Both the position numbers and the translations under genes were made by a program. The notes beneath the pieces were generated by a model. The model searched no databases and was not told the DNA's origin. It worked only from the letters and a program-made list of their open reading frames with translations. DNA of 64,000 nucleotides from Thermodesulfobacteriota bacterium. GTDB lineage: Bacteria; Desulfobacterota_D; UBA1144; Nemesobacterales; UBA2774. Shown here piece by piece: positions 49,458-62,306 of the stretch. The stretch is taken from positions 2,368,001 to 2,432,000 of the forward strand of contig OZ244197.1 of the NCBI GenBank assembly GCA_965216785.1. The letters run 5' to 3'. Positions within the stretch are counted from its first letter, which is position 1; every line of letters begins with the position of its first letter.

Positions 49458-49931
49458 CTATTTAACCTTTTTCCATCTGTCTATGTAGTTACCTCTGCTC
49501 ATAGCGGTGAATGAGCCGTACAGGTTCTCAAACGGCGGTATCTGCATCTCAACGTTTCCGTCCGCCATCACCATCTCGGAGGAGCCTGACTTTTTGTCGA
49601 AGTCATACTTGATGCCTGTACCGTCGTTCACGGCATTGTATATAAGCTCCAAAGAATACGTAGAGCCTGAAATCTTGTATGTACCAACGGCGGAGCGTGA
49701 AGTGACGTTACCGTCTTTGTCTTTTGCGGCGCGGTTAAGGCTCATGTACCCATCGCTTAGGATATAAACTCCCGCAACAGCGGGCGGGGTGAGCACAGTG
49801 CCGTCCGGAAGCTCGCGCGACTGGAGCACATATATACCTTCGATCGACGTGAAGTCTTCTGAGTGCGATATAACGCTGAATGAAACGGTTAGCAGTAAAG
49901 CTCCGAAAAACACAAAAAGTCTGTTAGTCAT
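49458..49931 (-). CDS. Exported hypothetical protein, possibly lipocalin-like
   Basis: Signal peptide; IEG.Y.L, GTYKI.G, C-terminal W(K)KVK. Confidence 0.55.
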   Translation of the reverse strand: MTNRLFVFFGALLLTVSFSVISHSEDFTSIEGIYVLQSRELPDGTVLTPPAVAGVYILSDGYMSLNRAAKDKDGNVTSRSAVGTYKISGSTYSLELIYNAVNDGTGIKYDFDKKSGSSEMVMADGNVEMQIPPFENLYGSFTAMSRGNYIDRWKKVK

Positions 49932-50094
49932 ATTTTTACCCTCCCTATGGATAATGACTGATAATGTTTAAACACATTATAACCCGATAGCAGGGTTAGA
50001 TGCTATCACTAAATAACCGTGAAAATATCTCACACCATTAGCACATTTTAGGCTTATAATTAAAGAAGAATAAGCTTTTAGATTAAAAGGTGCT

Positions 50095-50355
50095 ATGATG
50101 CTTGAAATATTCGCAATAGCCGTCATTTTGATAGCCGTACTCATATTATCGCTGATGTTCGAGGTATTTATCTTTTATACCGGAGAGTTAGTTCTATATG
50201 CCCTGACTATAGGGAAACGTCAGCCAAATTGGGACTTTATGGCGTATGAAAAGGACAGCAAGTTTACAATTAGCAGAGACCCCAGCACTATTGTCGGGAT
50301 CGCTTTTTGGATAGTGTTGATTACTTTTTGCGCGTTCTTAGTCGCCGGAATATAA
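50095..50355 (+). CDS. Small membrane protein
   Basis: Two hydrophobic segments; fills the gap between opposite-strand genes. Confidence 0.55.
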   Translation: MMLEIFAIAVILIAVLILSLMFEVFIFYTGELVLYALTIGKRQPNWDFMAYEKDSKFTISRDPSTIVGIAFWIVLITFCAFLVAGI

Positions 50356-50361
50356 GCCGGA

Positions 50362-51600
50362 CTACTCCATATCACCTTTCCCCTTATACGTAATCAGCAG
50401 GAGTCCGCCTAGCACTGCAAGAGCGCCGTAGAGTATGAGCGGCAGCGGGATCAGTATTGCCGCTAAGATGCCTCCCATAGCCGCGCTCAAAGACTCGGCC
50501 CCGACTTGGAGCGCCAGGTTATTGCCAAGCACCCGTCCCTGCCTCTTGGGACTAACGAGCGTAGATAGGTACGATCCGCAGGCGGCAATGGCTATAACAG
50601 TCAGGAAAGTAGAAGAGCCCGCAGTCAACCAATACCAAGAATCTGACTTGGGTATTACAATAGTTATCATCAATAAGCCGCCTACTACAGAGCCCCAGAT
50701 GGTCATCTGTCTTATGCTCAGGTGTCTTGATATCGGCTTGAAAAAGAATGTGTTGGCAATCCCGGCGACAACAGCAAGGTATGCGTAATATAACGTGACT
50801 TTATCGGTCGGGAAATGCCACTCGCCTACCATGTACATCTGTATAACACGGTAAAAGCCGAATATTGACAGATATATAATGAAGTTCACAAGATACACGC
50901 GTCTTATGGGCAGATCGGTGAACACTGTGGCAAGGTTAGTAAAGGTTTTAAAGTAGCTTATTTCTTTTTCTTTATCGGGCACAAATGGGTCGTCGAAACT
51001 CTTCCAGATCCATATGTAAGTGAAGACAAGGAATACTATCACTACCCAAAACGGTATGTCGTAACCGAAATGAATAGCCAGCGGGCCGCCTATGAGAGGG
51101 CCTAATATGTAGCCCAGGCTCTCTGAGCCGTAGAGGTAGGCAAAGAGCGTGCCCCTATCCTCCGCTGTGCTTACGTCGGCTATGGAGCTCTGGCATATGG
51201 CAACGTTAGACTCTGAAAGCCCACACAGGAAACAGGCGGCCATAAGTAGCCAGAGGGATTTGATTTCAAGTGAGAAAGCGATTACTGCATAAAAGAAAAT
51301 TACGAATATAAGAGAGATTAGCAGCACTCGTTTTCTCCCGAATTTGTCAGCGAATGAGCCGATCACAGGGGCGCCGAAGAACTGCCCCAGGGGATAGAGC
51401 GCGAGCAGTATACCACCGTATATTACTTTGGTGGAAGATGAGATAGACTTGTCAAAAAACCCATCGCTGTAGGCAAGCATAGGGATAAAAAGCGTCACCA
51501 TCATCGCGTATCCGGTAAACGCTATGAATATCACAAGGTAAAGCGGCAGGAGAGGATGAAGGTCCGTTGTTGAGGGCTGTTTAGAGGCGGGCAAGCTCAT
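50362..51600 (-). CDS. MFS transporter (DHA1-like), paralogue of 48086-49324
   Basis: GSFADKFGRKRVL; long segments shared with the neighbouring MFS; start at ATG 51600 by comparison. Confidence 0.92.
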   Translation of the reverse strand: MSLPASKQPSTTDLHPLLPLYLVIFIAFTGYAMMVTLFIPMLAYSDGFFDKSISSSTKVIYGGILLALYPLGQFFGAPVIGSFADKFGRKRVLLISLIFVIFFYAVIAFSLEIKSLWLLMAACFLCGLSESNVAICQSSIADVSTAEDRGTLFAYLYGSESLGYILGPLIGGPLAIHFGYDIPFWVVIVFLVFTYIWIWKSFDDPFVPDKEKEISYFKTFTNLATVFTDLPIRRVYLVNFIIYLSIFGFYRVIQMYMVGEWHFPTDKVTLYYAYLAVVAGIANTFFFKPISRHLSIRQMTIWGSVVGGLLMITIVIPKSDSWYWLTAGSSTFLTVIAIAACGSYLSTLVSPKRQGRVLGNNLALQVGAESLSAAMGGILAAILIPLPLILYGALAVLGGLLLITYKGKGDME

Positions 51601-51722
51601 CCAGCACATTATAACAAATAAATCGGGGTTTGATACAGCCATTTCCCTATACCGGCCTGATACGGAAATTTTTGAGACAGTTATGATATACTTCCCGGAT
51701 TAAAATTTTAAAAGGACATTCA

Positions 51723-52442
51723 ATGGCAACGAAAAAAAGAAAATGGAATGAGTTGAGAAAAGTAAAAATCACCCGTGGAGTAATGAAGAACGCCGAAGGC
51801 TCGGCGCTCATAGAAATGGGGGATACAAAAGTTCTTTGCTCGGCATCGGTCGAAGAAAGGGTGCCGCCGTTTTTAAGAGACACTGGCAAGGGATGGGTTA
51901 CAACTGAGTACGCCATGCTCCCGCGAGCGACGCAGGAGAGGGTGAGGCGCGACAGCGTGAGAGGGAAAATAGGCGGGCGCTCGCACGAGATACAGAGAAT
52001 AATCGGAAGAGCGTTAAGGGCGGTGATTGATCTCGACAAGCTGGGTGAACGCTCCGTTACAATAGACTGCGATGTCCTGCATGCTGACGGCGGCACGAGG
52101 ACTGCGTCTATCACCGGCGCGTTCGTAGCGCTATATGAAGCCTCGTTATACCTAAAGAAAAACAAACTCGTCGAAGAGCTTCCTGTGACGGATTTCATCG
52201 CGGCGGTGAGCGTGGGCATTATAGACGGGGAGCTTATGCTTGATCTAGACTACGAGCTAGACTCAAAAGCCGAGGTGGACATGAACGTCGCCATGACGGG
52301 AAGAGGTCTCTTAGTTGAAGTGCAGGGTACGGCGGAGGGAAAACCCTTTTCAAAGAGTAAGCTGACAGAGATGATAAAGCTTGCAGAGAAGGGCATTACG
52401 GAGCTAATAGCCGGGCAAAAGAAAACGCTGAGAGTAAAATAA
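51723..52442 (+). CDS. rph: Ribonuclease PH
   Basis: [39 protein letters not shown]. Confidence 0.97.
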   Translation: MATKKRKWNELRKVKITRGVMKNAEGSALIEMGDTKVLCSASVEERVPPFLRDTGKGWVTTEYAMLPRATQERVRRDSVRGKIGGRSHEIQRIIGRALRAVIDLDKLGERSVTIDCDVLHADGGTRTASITGAFVALYEASLYLKKNKLVEELPVTDFIAAVSVGIIDGELMLDLDYELDSKAEVDMNVAMTGRGLLVEVQGTAEGKPFSKSKLTEMIKLAEKGITELIAGQKKTLRVK

Positions 52443-52443
52443 A

Positions 52444-53028
52444 ATGATAAAAGAAGTCATATTAGCCACAAGGAATAAAGGGAAAGTAAAAGAGTTCGCC
52501 GATCTCCTAGGGGGCGTTATTGAAAACGTAATATCGCTTGACGACCTGGATAATCCGCCAGAGGTTATAGAGGACGGGGAAACTTTCACTGATAACGCTC
52601 TTAAAAAGGCCCGCACAATAGCGCAGTACTCCGAAAAACCAGCGCTGGCGGACGATTCCGGTCTTGCAGTGGACGCTCTTGGCGGCAGCCCCGGGGTGTA
52701 TTCGGCCCGTTATTCAGGTGAGGGAGCTACGGACAAGACAAATATAGACAAGCTCCTCAAAGAGCTAGGGGATAATCCCAACAGGGAGGCGAGGTTTGTC
52801 TGCGTTCTCGCGCTCGTGTTCCCTGACGGAAAGGAAATAGTGGCAAAAGGGCAATGCCCGGGGGTGATCCTGAACGAGCCAAGGGGCGAGGGCGGATTCG
52901 GTTACGATCCGGTGTTTTATCTCCCGGACAGGGGGAAAACCATGGCCGAAGTCCCGCCCGAAGTAAAAAACACAATCAGCCATAGGGCACGAGCTGTAAT
53001 GAGCTTGAAAGAGATTCTGAGCTCATAA
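52444..53028 (+). CDS. rdgB: dITP/XTP pyrophosphatase
   Basis: ATRNKGK, ADDSGL, PGVYSAR, GFGYDPVF, SHRARA. Confidence 0.96.
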   Translation: MIKEVILATRNKGKVKEFADLLGGVIENVISLDDLDNPPEVIEDGETFTDNALKKARTIAQYSEKPALADDSGLAVDALGGSPGVYSARYSGEGATDKTNIDKLLKELGDNPNREARFVCVLALVFPDGKEIVAKGQCPGVILNEPRGEGGFGYDPVFYLPDRGKTMAEVPPEVKNTISHRARAVMSLKEILSS

Positions 53029-53158
53029 ACAGGGCTAAATTTCACAAAACTGAAAATTTATTTCGCTTTACCCTTGCAAGATCAAAAGCTTTTGAATATA
53101 TTAGTAAAGACCTGCACGGTCCCGCCTTTTAATTCTATTTTATTGAGGATTTTATTAG

Positions 53159-54775
<1,617 letters not shown>

Positions 54776-54812
54776 TCTTAATAAAAACCCGGTTGTAAAT
54801 CATAGATAGTGC

Positions 54813-55208
54813 ATGAATACTTTTCACATGAAAAATATTCACTTGCTTTGCTTCTCAGTTCTCCTGAGCTCTTTATTCTTAAGTGCCCCGAAAATCTTTG
54901 CTGACGTACCGGAGTCTCAAAGACGCGAGGTTCTCCACCTGCTGGATTTCGTTATATCGACAGACTGCAGCTTTGAGAGAAACGGCAGCAAACACAGTGG
55001 AGAGGAGGCTTATAAGCATATAAAAAGAAAGTATGAGCACTTTAAAAACAAAATCACCTCGACCGAGGAGTTTGTTGAGTACTCCGCAACAAAAAGCACT
55101 GTTAGCGGTAAGGAATATCTTGTTTATTGTGAAACAGACGCTCCTGTAACATCAAAAGACTGGCTGCTCGATGAGCTTGGCACGTACAGAAATAATGGTG
55201 CAATGTAG
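54813..55208 (+). CDS. Exported YfeK/DUF5329-like protein
   Basis: Signal peptide; C.FERNG..H...EA..H...K, EEF....ATKS..SG..Y. Confidence 0.7.
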   Translation: MNTFHMKNIHLLCFSVLLSSLFLSAPKIFADVPESQRREVLHLLDFVISTDCSFERNGSKHSGEEAYKHIKRKYEHFKNKITSTEEFVEYSATKSTVSGKEYLVYCETDAPVTSKDWLLDELGTYRNNGAM

Positions 55209-55298
55209 GCAGCTTAGCGCATTTTAGTAACTTGATTTAGCCCAATTTTACTAGATAATCTTTATTAAACCCTTTTACTCCTATAAAATAGTTACCGA

Positions 55299-57317
55299 AT
55301 GCCCGATAAGATTCCATCCGAAAGCGAATTAGTGTTGTTCAGAAAACGTAAAGAGCCCGCGCTAGGCATATTTAAAGAGCTCCGCGGGCACAAGCTCGTT
55401 GTATTCTCTGAAGAGGCGAAAGAGATCGAAGTCGATCTTGAGAAAGTAGCATACCGTACCGGTATAAAAATAGAGGAAGGACTCACTCAGTCTGAGAAAA
55501 AACTAAGACTCAGGGAGCTGCGAAGGGAGTTCGATGAGGAGAAGAAGAACCACGATCTCAGGACACTGTGGGAGTGCTTTAGCGGGGATGAGGAAGGGGA
55601 GGAAATAAAGTTTCCCGAGCTAAGGGCCCTGTACTTCCCGGAAAACGACACGGGGCAAAAAGAGTTCACTCATCTTTTCTGGGCGGTAGATAAAGACGAT
55701 ATTTTCTTTAAAAGAGGCGAGGGCGGATATATCGCGAGAACCTCGCAAGACGTTCAGGAACTCATTTTAAAGAAAGAAGCCGAAGCAAAGAAGAAGGAGG
55801 AGAGGAGGCTTGCTCTCATATGGGGAAGGGCCCTGGTTAAAGGAAAGCCACTGGACTCGGATGAGGAATTTGACCCTAAGAATTACATCGAGCTTATAAC
55901 GAACTATATAGTCTATCTAGACAACTACAACAAGGCGCCGGAGGCTAAATCGTTTCTTTCAGAGATCGGGATAAGGGACGTTGAAGGGGCGATAGAATTT
56001 CTTGTAAGCATAGGTAAGTGGGACGCGAACGAAGACCCTATATTTAAACGATTCTCTATAAAAGAGGAGTTCCCCAAAAAAGTTCAGGCCGAGACCGCTG
56101 AGATTCTGGACAAGAGCATCTTTGAGGAAGAGCTGGAAGATATAAGGGACCTTCACATATTCTCTGTTGACGATGAGAACACGGAAGACATTGACGACGC
56201 GCTTTCTATCGAGGAAACAGACGGAGGGTTCAGAGTAGGGATTCACATCGCAAACGTAGCTTACTGGATTGCAAAGTGGAGCGAGCTTGACGTCGAGGCC
56301 GCAAGAAGGGGCGAGACTGTGTATCTGCCCGAAAAACGTATCCACATGTTCCCGCCGGCGCTGATACAAAATAAATTCAGCCTGATTGAAGGAGAAGACA
56401 GGGCCGCGCTGTCGCTCTTTGTTAATTTCGACAAGGAGCTCAATCTGAAAAACTACAGTTTTAAGAATACTCTCATTAACACAGCCCGGAATATTAGCTA
56501 TGAGCAGGCGGTCGAATACTTCGAAAACGATACCCTCGGCAAAAAACTACAGGATATCTCTCTTAACCTCAGGTGCGGCAGGCTGGACGCGGGCGCATTC
56601 ATAATTCAGCTCCCGCAGCTTAAAATTAGGGTAGATGATAAATCGGAAATTACTGTAGAGAAAAACTACATGGACACCGAGGCCCACAGAGTCGTGGCTG
56701 AGATGATGATATTAATGAACACTACCGCCGGGAAATTCTTAAGGGACAACCACATTCCGGGGATATACCGCTCGCAGCCGGAGTCCGTGTCTGAAGACGC
56801 CAGAACTTACGATACCTCAGACCCTTTATACGCGCTTTCCGTTGTGAAATATCTCCGAGCCCCCAGGGTAGGACTGAGCCCTGAGCCGCACAGGTCCCTA
56901 GGGCTGGACGTATACACCCAGGTCTCTTCACCAATAAGACGATATACGGACCTCATGATGCAGAGGCAGATTGTGTCTTACCTTACATCAGAGGAGTACA
57001 CATACTCTGAAGACGAACTTGAAAATCTTTACCCAAGAATAGAAATGGGCGTTCGCGACAAGCGCAATGTAGAAAGGTCAAGGGAAAGGTACTGGCTATA
57101 TAAGCACTTTGAGGAGATTAAAGGCAAAGAGCTTCCCGGTATTGTGAGCTCGATATCCGGAAGCAGAGCAAACGTATATCTTCCCGACTACCTGATGGAG
57201 GTGCCGGTCACGATTAGCACCAAAGATTTGCTCGAAACAGGTAAAGGAATCAAGGTCAGGATTGACAGCGTGGACCCTCTGAGAAGAAGGCTTTCGCTTA
57301 GCGAAAAGAGGGTTTAA
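55299..57317 (+). CDS. RNB domain exoribonuclease (RNase II family)
   Basis: SVDDENTEDIDDALS, HIA, VAEMMI, H.SLGL..Y.Q.SSPIRRY.DL. Confidence 0.92.
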   Translation: MPDKIPSESELVLFRKRKEPALGIFKELRGHKLVVFSEEAKEIEVDLEKVAYRTGIKIEEGLTQSEKKLRLRELRREFDEEKKNHDLRTLWECFSGDEEGEEIKFPELRALYFPENDTGQKEFTHLFWAVDKDDIFFKRGEGGYIARTSQDVQELILKKEAEAKKKEERRLALIWGRALVKGKPLDSDEEFDPKNYIELITNYIVYLDNYNKAPEAKSFLSEIGIRDVEGAIEFLVSIGKWDANEDPIFKRFSIKEEFPKKVQAETAEILDKSIFEEELEDIRDLHIFSVDDENTEDIDDALSIEETDGGFRVGIHIANVAYWIAKWSELDVEAARRGETVYLPEKRIHMFPPALIQNKFSLIEGEDRAALSLFVNFDKELNLKNYSFKNTLINTARNISYEQAVEYFENDTLGKKLQDISLNLRCGRLDAGAFIIQLPQLKIRVDDKSEITVEKNYMDTEAHRVVAEMMILMNTTAGKFLRDNHIPGIYRSQPESVSEDARTYDTSDPLYALSVVKYLRAPRVGLSPEPHRSLGLDVYTQVSSPIRRYTDLMMQRQIVSYLTSEEYTYSEDELENLYPRIEMGVRDKRNVERSRERYWLYKHFEEIKGKELPGIVSSISGSRANVYLPDYLMEVPVTISTKDLLETGKGIKVRIDSVDPLRRRLSLSEKRV

Positions 57318-57339
57318 GCCCTAAATTACAGGGGGAAGT

Positions 57340-58752
57340 TTACGAATCCCCTTTTTCCTTCAGCGCTTCCATAATATCTTCTATCTTTGTGAATTTATGG
57401 CGGGGTTTCCCAAGCGCTTTACCCCTCTCGATCTCAAGCTCGTTAAGCCTGAGCCAGTCCTCATAGGTAACATAGTCGGGCTTTCGCTCCTTTAGAAGCT
57501 CGATGACGCTTTCTGGATCCGGGTGCTGGGGGATATTGATGCTTTCTTTTTCAATGTCCTCGCATATGCAGTCAACGGTCTCGCCGGAGTCCTTTTTATT
57601 GGTTCCGATTACGCCGGAGGGTCCTCTCTTTATCCAGCCGGTCGTATAGAGCCCGGGGATATGCTCTTCGGTTTCAAGATCGGTAATGCGCCCCTTTATG
57701 TTATGTATTACGCCCCATTTCTCGTGAAACGGCACGCCGGGCAGTGCTACGCCGTGATAACCTATGGAGCGGAAAACGAGCCCTACGGGGATTTCCTCGA
57801 ATTCTTCGGTGGGCCTTGGTCTAAGGCTCCCGTCTTCAGTTTTATAAAGCTCGTTCTTCACGAGTTTTATCGCTCTTACATTCCCGTCTTCATCGCCGAG
57901 TATCTCCACCGGAGAGACAAGAAAGCGAATGTGAAGCTTCTTTGACTTATCATGTTCTCTTTCTTCTGAAAAGGAACTTAGTATCTCGTGTTTTTTCCGG
58001 GCGCTCACGTCCTCTGTCTCCTTCAAATGCTTATCGGAGTGGATGTCCAGAACGATCTCGTCTTTTTTTGTAATAGCGTGGGCGTCTTCGAGGTTGCCAA
58101 GCTCTCTTACTTCAGGGTTCGTAAAAGCGGCCTGAAGTGGGCCTCTGCGGCCAAGAAGGTATACCTCTTTTACTCCGCTCTCTTTGAGCGCTTCAAGGGC
58201 ATAGTCGGCAATGTCGGTCTCTCCAAGCTCTTCTTCGGTCCTGCACAGTATTCGGGCCACGTCAACGGCGACATTGCCGACGCCGACAATGGCAACCGCC
58301 TCAGCCGACAGATCGAACTCAGACTCGCCGTAATGGGGGTGGCCGTTGTACCACGCCACAAACTCGGTTGCGGTGTGAGAGCCCTTCAGGTCCTCTCCCG
58401 GGATATTCATCCGTCTGTCCGTTTCCGCTCCTGTAGCGAATATTATCATATGATAATGCCTTTTGAGGTCTTCCATCATAATGTCTTTTCCGTACTCGAC
58501 ATTGCCGAAAAACCTGAAATTCGGATTCGAAGCGATCTTGTCATACACCCTGGTGACGGATTTAATTTTCTGATGGTCTGGGGCCACACCGGTGCGCACA
58601 AGGCCGTGTGGAGTGGGGAGCTTATCGTACATATCTATCTGGAATTCGTATTCCGTGTGCTTAAAAAGGTGCTCTGCCGCGTAAAAGCCCGCTGGTCCAG
58701 ACCCTATAACCGCGACTCTTATAGGTCCTTGTGAATTTGATTTATCTGTCAT
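57340..58752 (-). CDS. Ferredoxin--NADP+ reductase (adrenodoxin reductase/FprA type)
   Basis: GSGPAG, GLVRTGVAPDH, GVGNVAVDVAR, GWIKRGPSGVIGTN. Confidence 0.92.
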   Translation of the reverse strand: MTDKSNSQGPIRVAVIGSGPAGFYAAEHLFKHTEYEFQIDMYDKLPTPHGLVRTGVAPDHQKIKSVTRVYDKIASNPNFRFFGNVEYGKDIMMEDLKRHYHMIIFATGAETDRRMNIPGEDLKGSHTATEFVAWYNGHPHYGESEFDLSAEAVAIVGVGNVAVDVARILCRTEEELGETDIADYALEALKESGVKEVYLLGRRGPLQAAFTNPEVRELGNLEDAHAITKKDEIVLDIHSDKHLKETEDVSARKKHEILSSFSEEREHDKSKKLHIRFLVSPVEILGDEDGNVRAIKLVKNELYKTEDGSLRPRPTEEFEEIPVGLVFRSIGYHGVALPGVPFHEKWGVIHNIKGRITDLETEEHIPGLYTTGWIKRGPSGVIGTNKKDSGETVDCICEDIEKESINIPQHPDPESVIELLKERKPDYVTYEDWLRLNELEIERGKALGKPRHKFTKIEDIMEALKEKGDS

Positions 58753-59001
58753 TATCTGCTTTCCTAAGTCAATTAGTTTATATTGAATTTGTGCTGGTTT
58801 AGGCAGCTATGTCAGGTATTTTGATATGAGAGGAGCAAGTCCGTACATTCTTTAAATTCAATATATATATTATACTTAAACCGGGTTTGAAAAGTATTGC
58901 CCGGCATTATTTAACGGATGATAACTATACAATAAATCTGAAAAATTCATATAGTTTATTGTGCGAATACTGATTTTCAGGATACGGATTATTAACAAAA
59001 T

Positions 59002-61305
59002 ATGACATCTAAAGCCACAATTGAGAGAGCCGACTTCCATCTGAAGATTGTAAAAGAAATTAGCGAGCTGGTTAACCAGTCGACTGGTCTCAATACCGTA
59101 TTAAAAAAAGTAGTAAGTAAAATCGGAGGTTCTTTGCACTTCGATGTGGTCTCGGTATACCTGTGGGATAGCGAGAAAGGGGTTCTTTCGCTCAGGTCTA
59201 CAAAAGGGCTGAGCGTAGACCCGCTTAAGCACCCGATCACTCTGAGCCCGGAAGAGGGACTCACGGGGCTTGTTTATCAAACCTCAAGACCGCTGACAGT
59301 CATGCCAGCGTCAAAGCACAAGCGTTACCGTTATTTCCCCGAGATAGGCGAGGAAGAGTACGAAAGCTACATCGGAGTACCGATACTGCTTCAGAACAGG
59401 TGCATCGGTGTACTGGTCGGTCAGACGAAAGAGAAAAGGGCCGTGACTCCAGCGGAAGAAACACTTTTTCAGATCATCGCCTCTAACCTCGCGGGACTGC
59501 TTGAAGTCGCTGACCGGCTGGAGCGGCTAAAAACTCCTTCCATAATAAAACACGAGACAAGATCTCACCAGGGTAAAGGGGTTTCAAGCGGTATAGCCAT
59601 TGGCAACGTGTTTATGTTCCGCGGCCTGTTCAGACAGATAAGCAACGAGAAGTTAAAGTCCAGAGGTCCGGAGGTTGAGTTAAAGAGGCTCAAACAAGCA
59701 CTGAGGGATGTAGAGGAAGAAATAAAGCACGTAATCAAGACCCTAGACTCAGAGGCGCTTCTGAGTAAAGCAGAGATAGATATATTCAGGGCGCACCTGC
59801 TGGTGCTTCAGGGCTCAACTCTCAGGGCAACCCTGCTTCAGAGGCTCGAAGAAGGTGACATACCGGCCGAGCTTGCGGTGATTGAGGGCATTGAGTCTAT
59901 AGCGGAGCAGTTCGAAGGCCTGAGCGACAGATATCTGCGGGAAAAGGCCCAGGACTTCCGGGACATCGGTGAGAGAATATTACAGGAGCTTGTAAAACAT
60001 AAAAAAGGCCGAAAAGCGGCCTCCGAGCCCATGGAGGGCTCTGTACTCGTCGCCTATGAGATTGGCCCCTCTTTTATATCCATGCTCTTAAAAAATAAAT
60101 TCTCCGCGCTCGTAATAGAAAAAGGGGGTGAGACCTCTCACGCGGTGATTATAGCAAAGTCGCTCGGAATACCGGCAGTGGTCGGTATTGACAATATTTT
60201 CGGGCTCGTGAGAGCGGGGGAGAAGGTTATTGTAGACGGAAAGACCGGGTTTATATTTTCAAATCCGGACGAGAGCCTGATTGAGGAGTACGAGAGTACG
60301 TACGGAAAATACGTAAAACTAAGGGAAACGATAGAAGAGGAGGGGAAATTACCTTCCTCTGAAGAGAAGATCGGCATAGAGCTTTCGGCTAATATAGGCT
60401 TTCCTATCGACGTTCAGCTCGCAAGGCAGTACGGGATCAAGGACGTAGGGCTGTTTCGCACAGAGTTTGCTTTCGCTCAGTATGAAAGATGGCCTAAAGT
60501 GAGGGAGCAGGTAGGGATTTATAAAAAGCTCGCAGAGGAATTTGAAGGCACCGTTACTGTAAGGACTTTAGATGTAGGCACAGACAAGCTGCTTCCTTAT
60601 TTTGACTTTCCTAAGGAAGAAAACCCGCTCCTGGGACTGCGCGCGATAAGGTTCTCTATGGAGTATCTTGATCTATTTAAAGACCAGATAAAGGCTATAC
60701 TCCTGGCAACAAAAAAAGGGCACAGGTTCAGGATACTGCTGCCGCTGATCACGAATTTCTGGGAAGTCGAGACCGCCAAGGAGATTATTGAGCAGCTCTC
60801 ACAGGAAGTGGGACTGTCAAGAGCGGACATTCCTCCGCTTGGGATAATGATGGAAGTACCGGCAATAGTGTATCAGTTAAATGATTTCAAGGATGTCATC
60901 GATTTTATATCCATAGGCACAAACGATTTAATTCAGTACATACTGGCAGTAGACAGAAACTCCAATATGGTGGGTCACCTGTACTCGGGTTTTCACCCGG
61001 CTGTGCTCAGAGCGCTCGACCACATTGAGTACAGGACAAGAGAGCTGGGCATAGACGTCTCGGTGTGCGGCGAGCTTGCGGGAACGCCCTCGGGCGCGCT
61101 GTGCCTGCTTGCGCTTGGGTACAGGCACTTTAGCGTATCTCCTTCTCATGTGCCGGTCATAAGATATTTATGCAACAGACTCGACAAAAATGTTCTCGAT
61201 TCGCTGCGCGCGCAGACGCTTCATATCAACAAACGCTCAGACATTGAGCGCCACCTGATAGAGACGCTCGAGCAGATAGACCCCGCTCTTATAGAAATAG
61301 AATAA
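59002..61305 (+). CDS. ptsP: PTS enzyme I-Ntr (GAF plus EI)
   Basis: N-terminal GAF (EGLTGLV, RYFPEIGEE.Y); TSHAVIIAKSLG; GLFRTEF; SIGTNDLIQY; VCGELA. Confidence 0.93.
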   Translation: MTSKATIERADFHLKIVKEISELVNQSTGLNTVLKKVVSKIGGSLHFDVVSVYLWDSEKGVLSLRSTKGLSVDPLKHPITLSPEEGLTGLVYQTSRPLTVMPASKHKRYRYFPEIGEEEYESYIGVPILLQNRCIGVLVGQTKEKRAVTPAEETLFQIIASNLAGLLEVADRLERLKTPSIIKHETRSHQGKGVSSGIAIGNVFMFRGLFRQISNEKLKSRGPEVELKRLKQALRDVEEEIKHVIKTLDSEALLSKAEIDIFRAHLLVLQGSTLRATLLQRLEEGDIPAELAVIEGIESIAEQFEGLSDRYLREKAQDFRDIGERILQELVKHKKGRKAASEPMEGSVLVAYEIGPSFISMLLKNKFSALVIEKGGETSHAVIIAKSLGIPAVVGIDNIFGLVRAGEKVIVDGKTGFIFSNPDESLIEEYESTYGKYVKLRETIEEEGKLPSSEEKIGIELSANIGFPIDVQLARQYGIKDVGLFRTEFAFAQYERWPKVREQVGIYKKLAEEFEGTVTVRTLDVGTDKLLPYFDFPKEENPLLGLRAIRFSMEYLDLFKDQIKAILLATKKGHRFRILLPLITNFWEVETAKEIIEQLSQEVGLSRADIPPLGIMMEVPAIVYQLNDFKDVIDFISIGTNDLIQYILAVDRNSNMVGHLYSGFHPAVLRALDHIEYRTRELGIDVSVCGELAGTPSGALCLLALGYRHFSVSPSHVPVIRYLCNRLDKNVLDSLRAQTLHINKRSDIERHLIETLEQIDPALIEIE

Positions 61306-61400
61306 CACGGCCAGGATTGAGTGTATCTTTATTATAGGTACTAAAAATAGCCGTTAAACTTTTAATTCTTATTTATTGAGGTATTTTTTACCCCCTGATT

Positions 61401-62306
61401 ATGAAAGTCCGAAAAATACACATAATTCTGTTTGTACTTACCGTAATTACGACGTTTGTCACCGGGCTATCGTTCGGCGGGAGTATTACGAGCGCGCTTT
61501 CTTTTTCCGCGGCTCTTTTGTTTATACTCGGCTCACACGAAATGGGTCACTATTACTACGGACGAAAATACGGTGTAGATATAACACCGCCTTATTTCAT
61601 ACCGGCCCCACCGTTTATTTCCCCGATCGGCACGTTCGGGGCTTTTATTAAGATAAAGTCCCCAATATCTTCTAAAAAGGCACTGTTTGATATAGGTATC
61701 GCAGGCCCGCTTGCGGGTATGGTGGCTACGGTGCCTGTGCTTATCCTCGGAATAAAAATGTCGACTATAGTAAATATATCGGAGTATGAATCCGGGGGAG
61801 GGCTCTTACTCGGAACGCCTCTCTTATTCAGCTTTTTTTCAGAAATATTTTTCGGGCAAATTCCTGAAGGCTATGATCTTTTTGTACACCCGGTTGCATT
61901 CGCGGGGTGGGTGGGGCTGTTTGTCACGGCGCTTAACCTTATACCTTCGGGGCAGTTGGACGGCGGGCACATAGTGTACGCCCTGTTTTCAAAGCGCTAC
62001 CACAAGTACGCCTCGGTAACCATGATAGCTCTACTATTCTTATTCGGGGTCGGGACCGAGCCTCTGCTCGCGTTGGCGGCTAAGGCGGCGGGCGGGAACC
62101 TGCCCGATTTTCTGAGCTCAGTCCCTGTGATTGAAGGCTGGCCAGGATGGGTTCTGTGGGCAGCGCTTCTAACTGTTATGGGCACAAAACACCCGCCTAC
62201 TGTGTATGAGGAGTCTGAGCTCGACGGCAGAAGGAAGATGCTAGGGGCTCTTTCGCTCATCATTTTCGTAGTATGTTTCACCCCTGTACCCATAAAGCTA
62301 GCCTAG
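61401..62306 (+). CDS. Site-2 protease (M50 family)
   Basis: HEMGH, AGPLAG, NLIPSGQLDGGH. Confidence 0.93.
   Translation: MKVRKIHIILFVLTVITTFVTGLSFGGSITSALSFSAALLFILGSHEMGHYYYGRKYGVDITPPYFIPAPPFISPIGTFGAFIKIKSPISSKKALFDIGIAGPLAGMVATVPVLILGIKMSTIVNISEYESGGGLLLGTPLLFSFFSEIFFGQIPEGYDLFVHPVAFAGWVGLFVTALNLIPSGQLDGGHIVYALFSKRYHKYASVTMIALLFLFGVGTEPLLALAAKAAGGNLPDFLSSVPVIEGWPGWVLWAALLTVMGTKHPPTVYEESELDGRRKMLGALSLIIFVVCFTPVPIKLA

Noticed and set aside
57988-58734. 248-aa plus-strand ORF, and similar shadow ORFs such as 36400-37008, 51647-52219 and 6776-7333
   Set aside because: Antisense to well-supported genes, with no motifs of their own.
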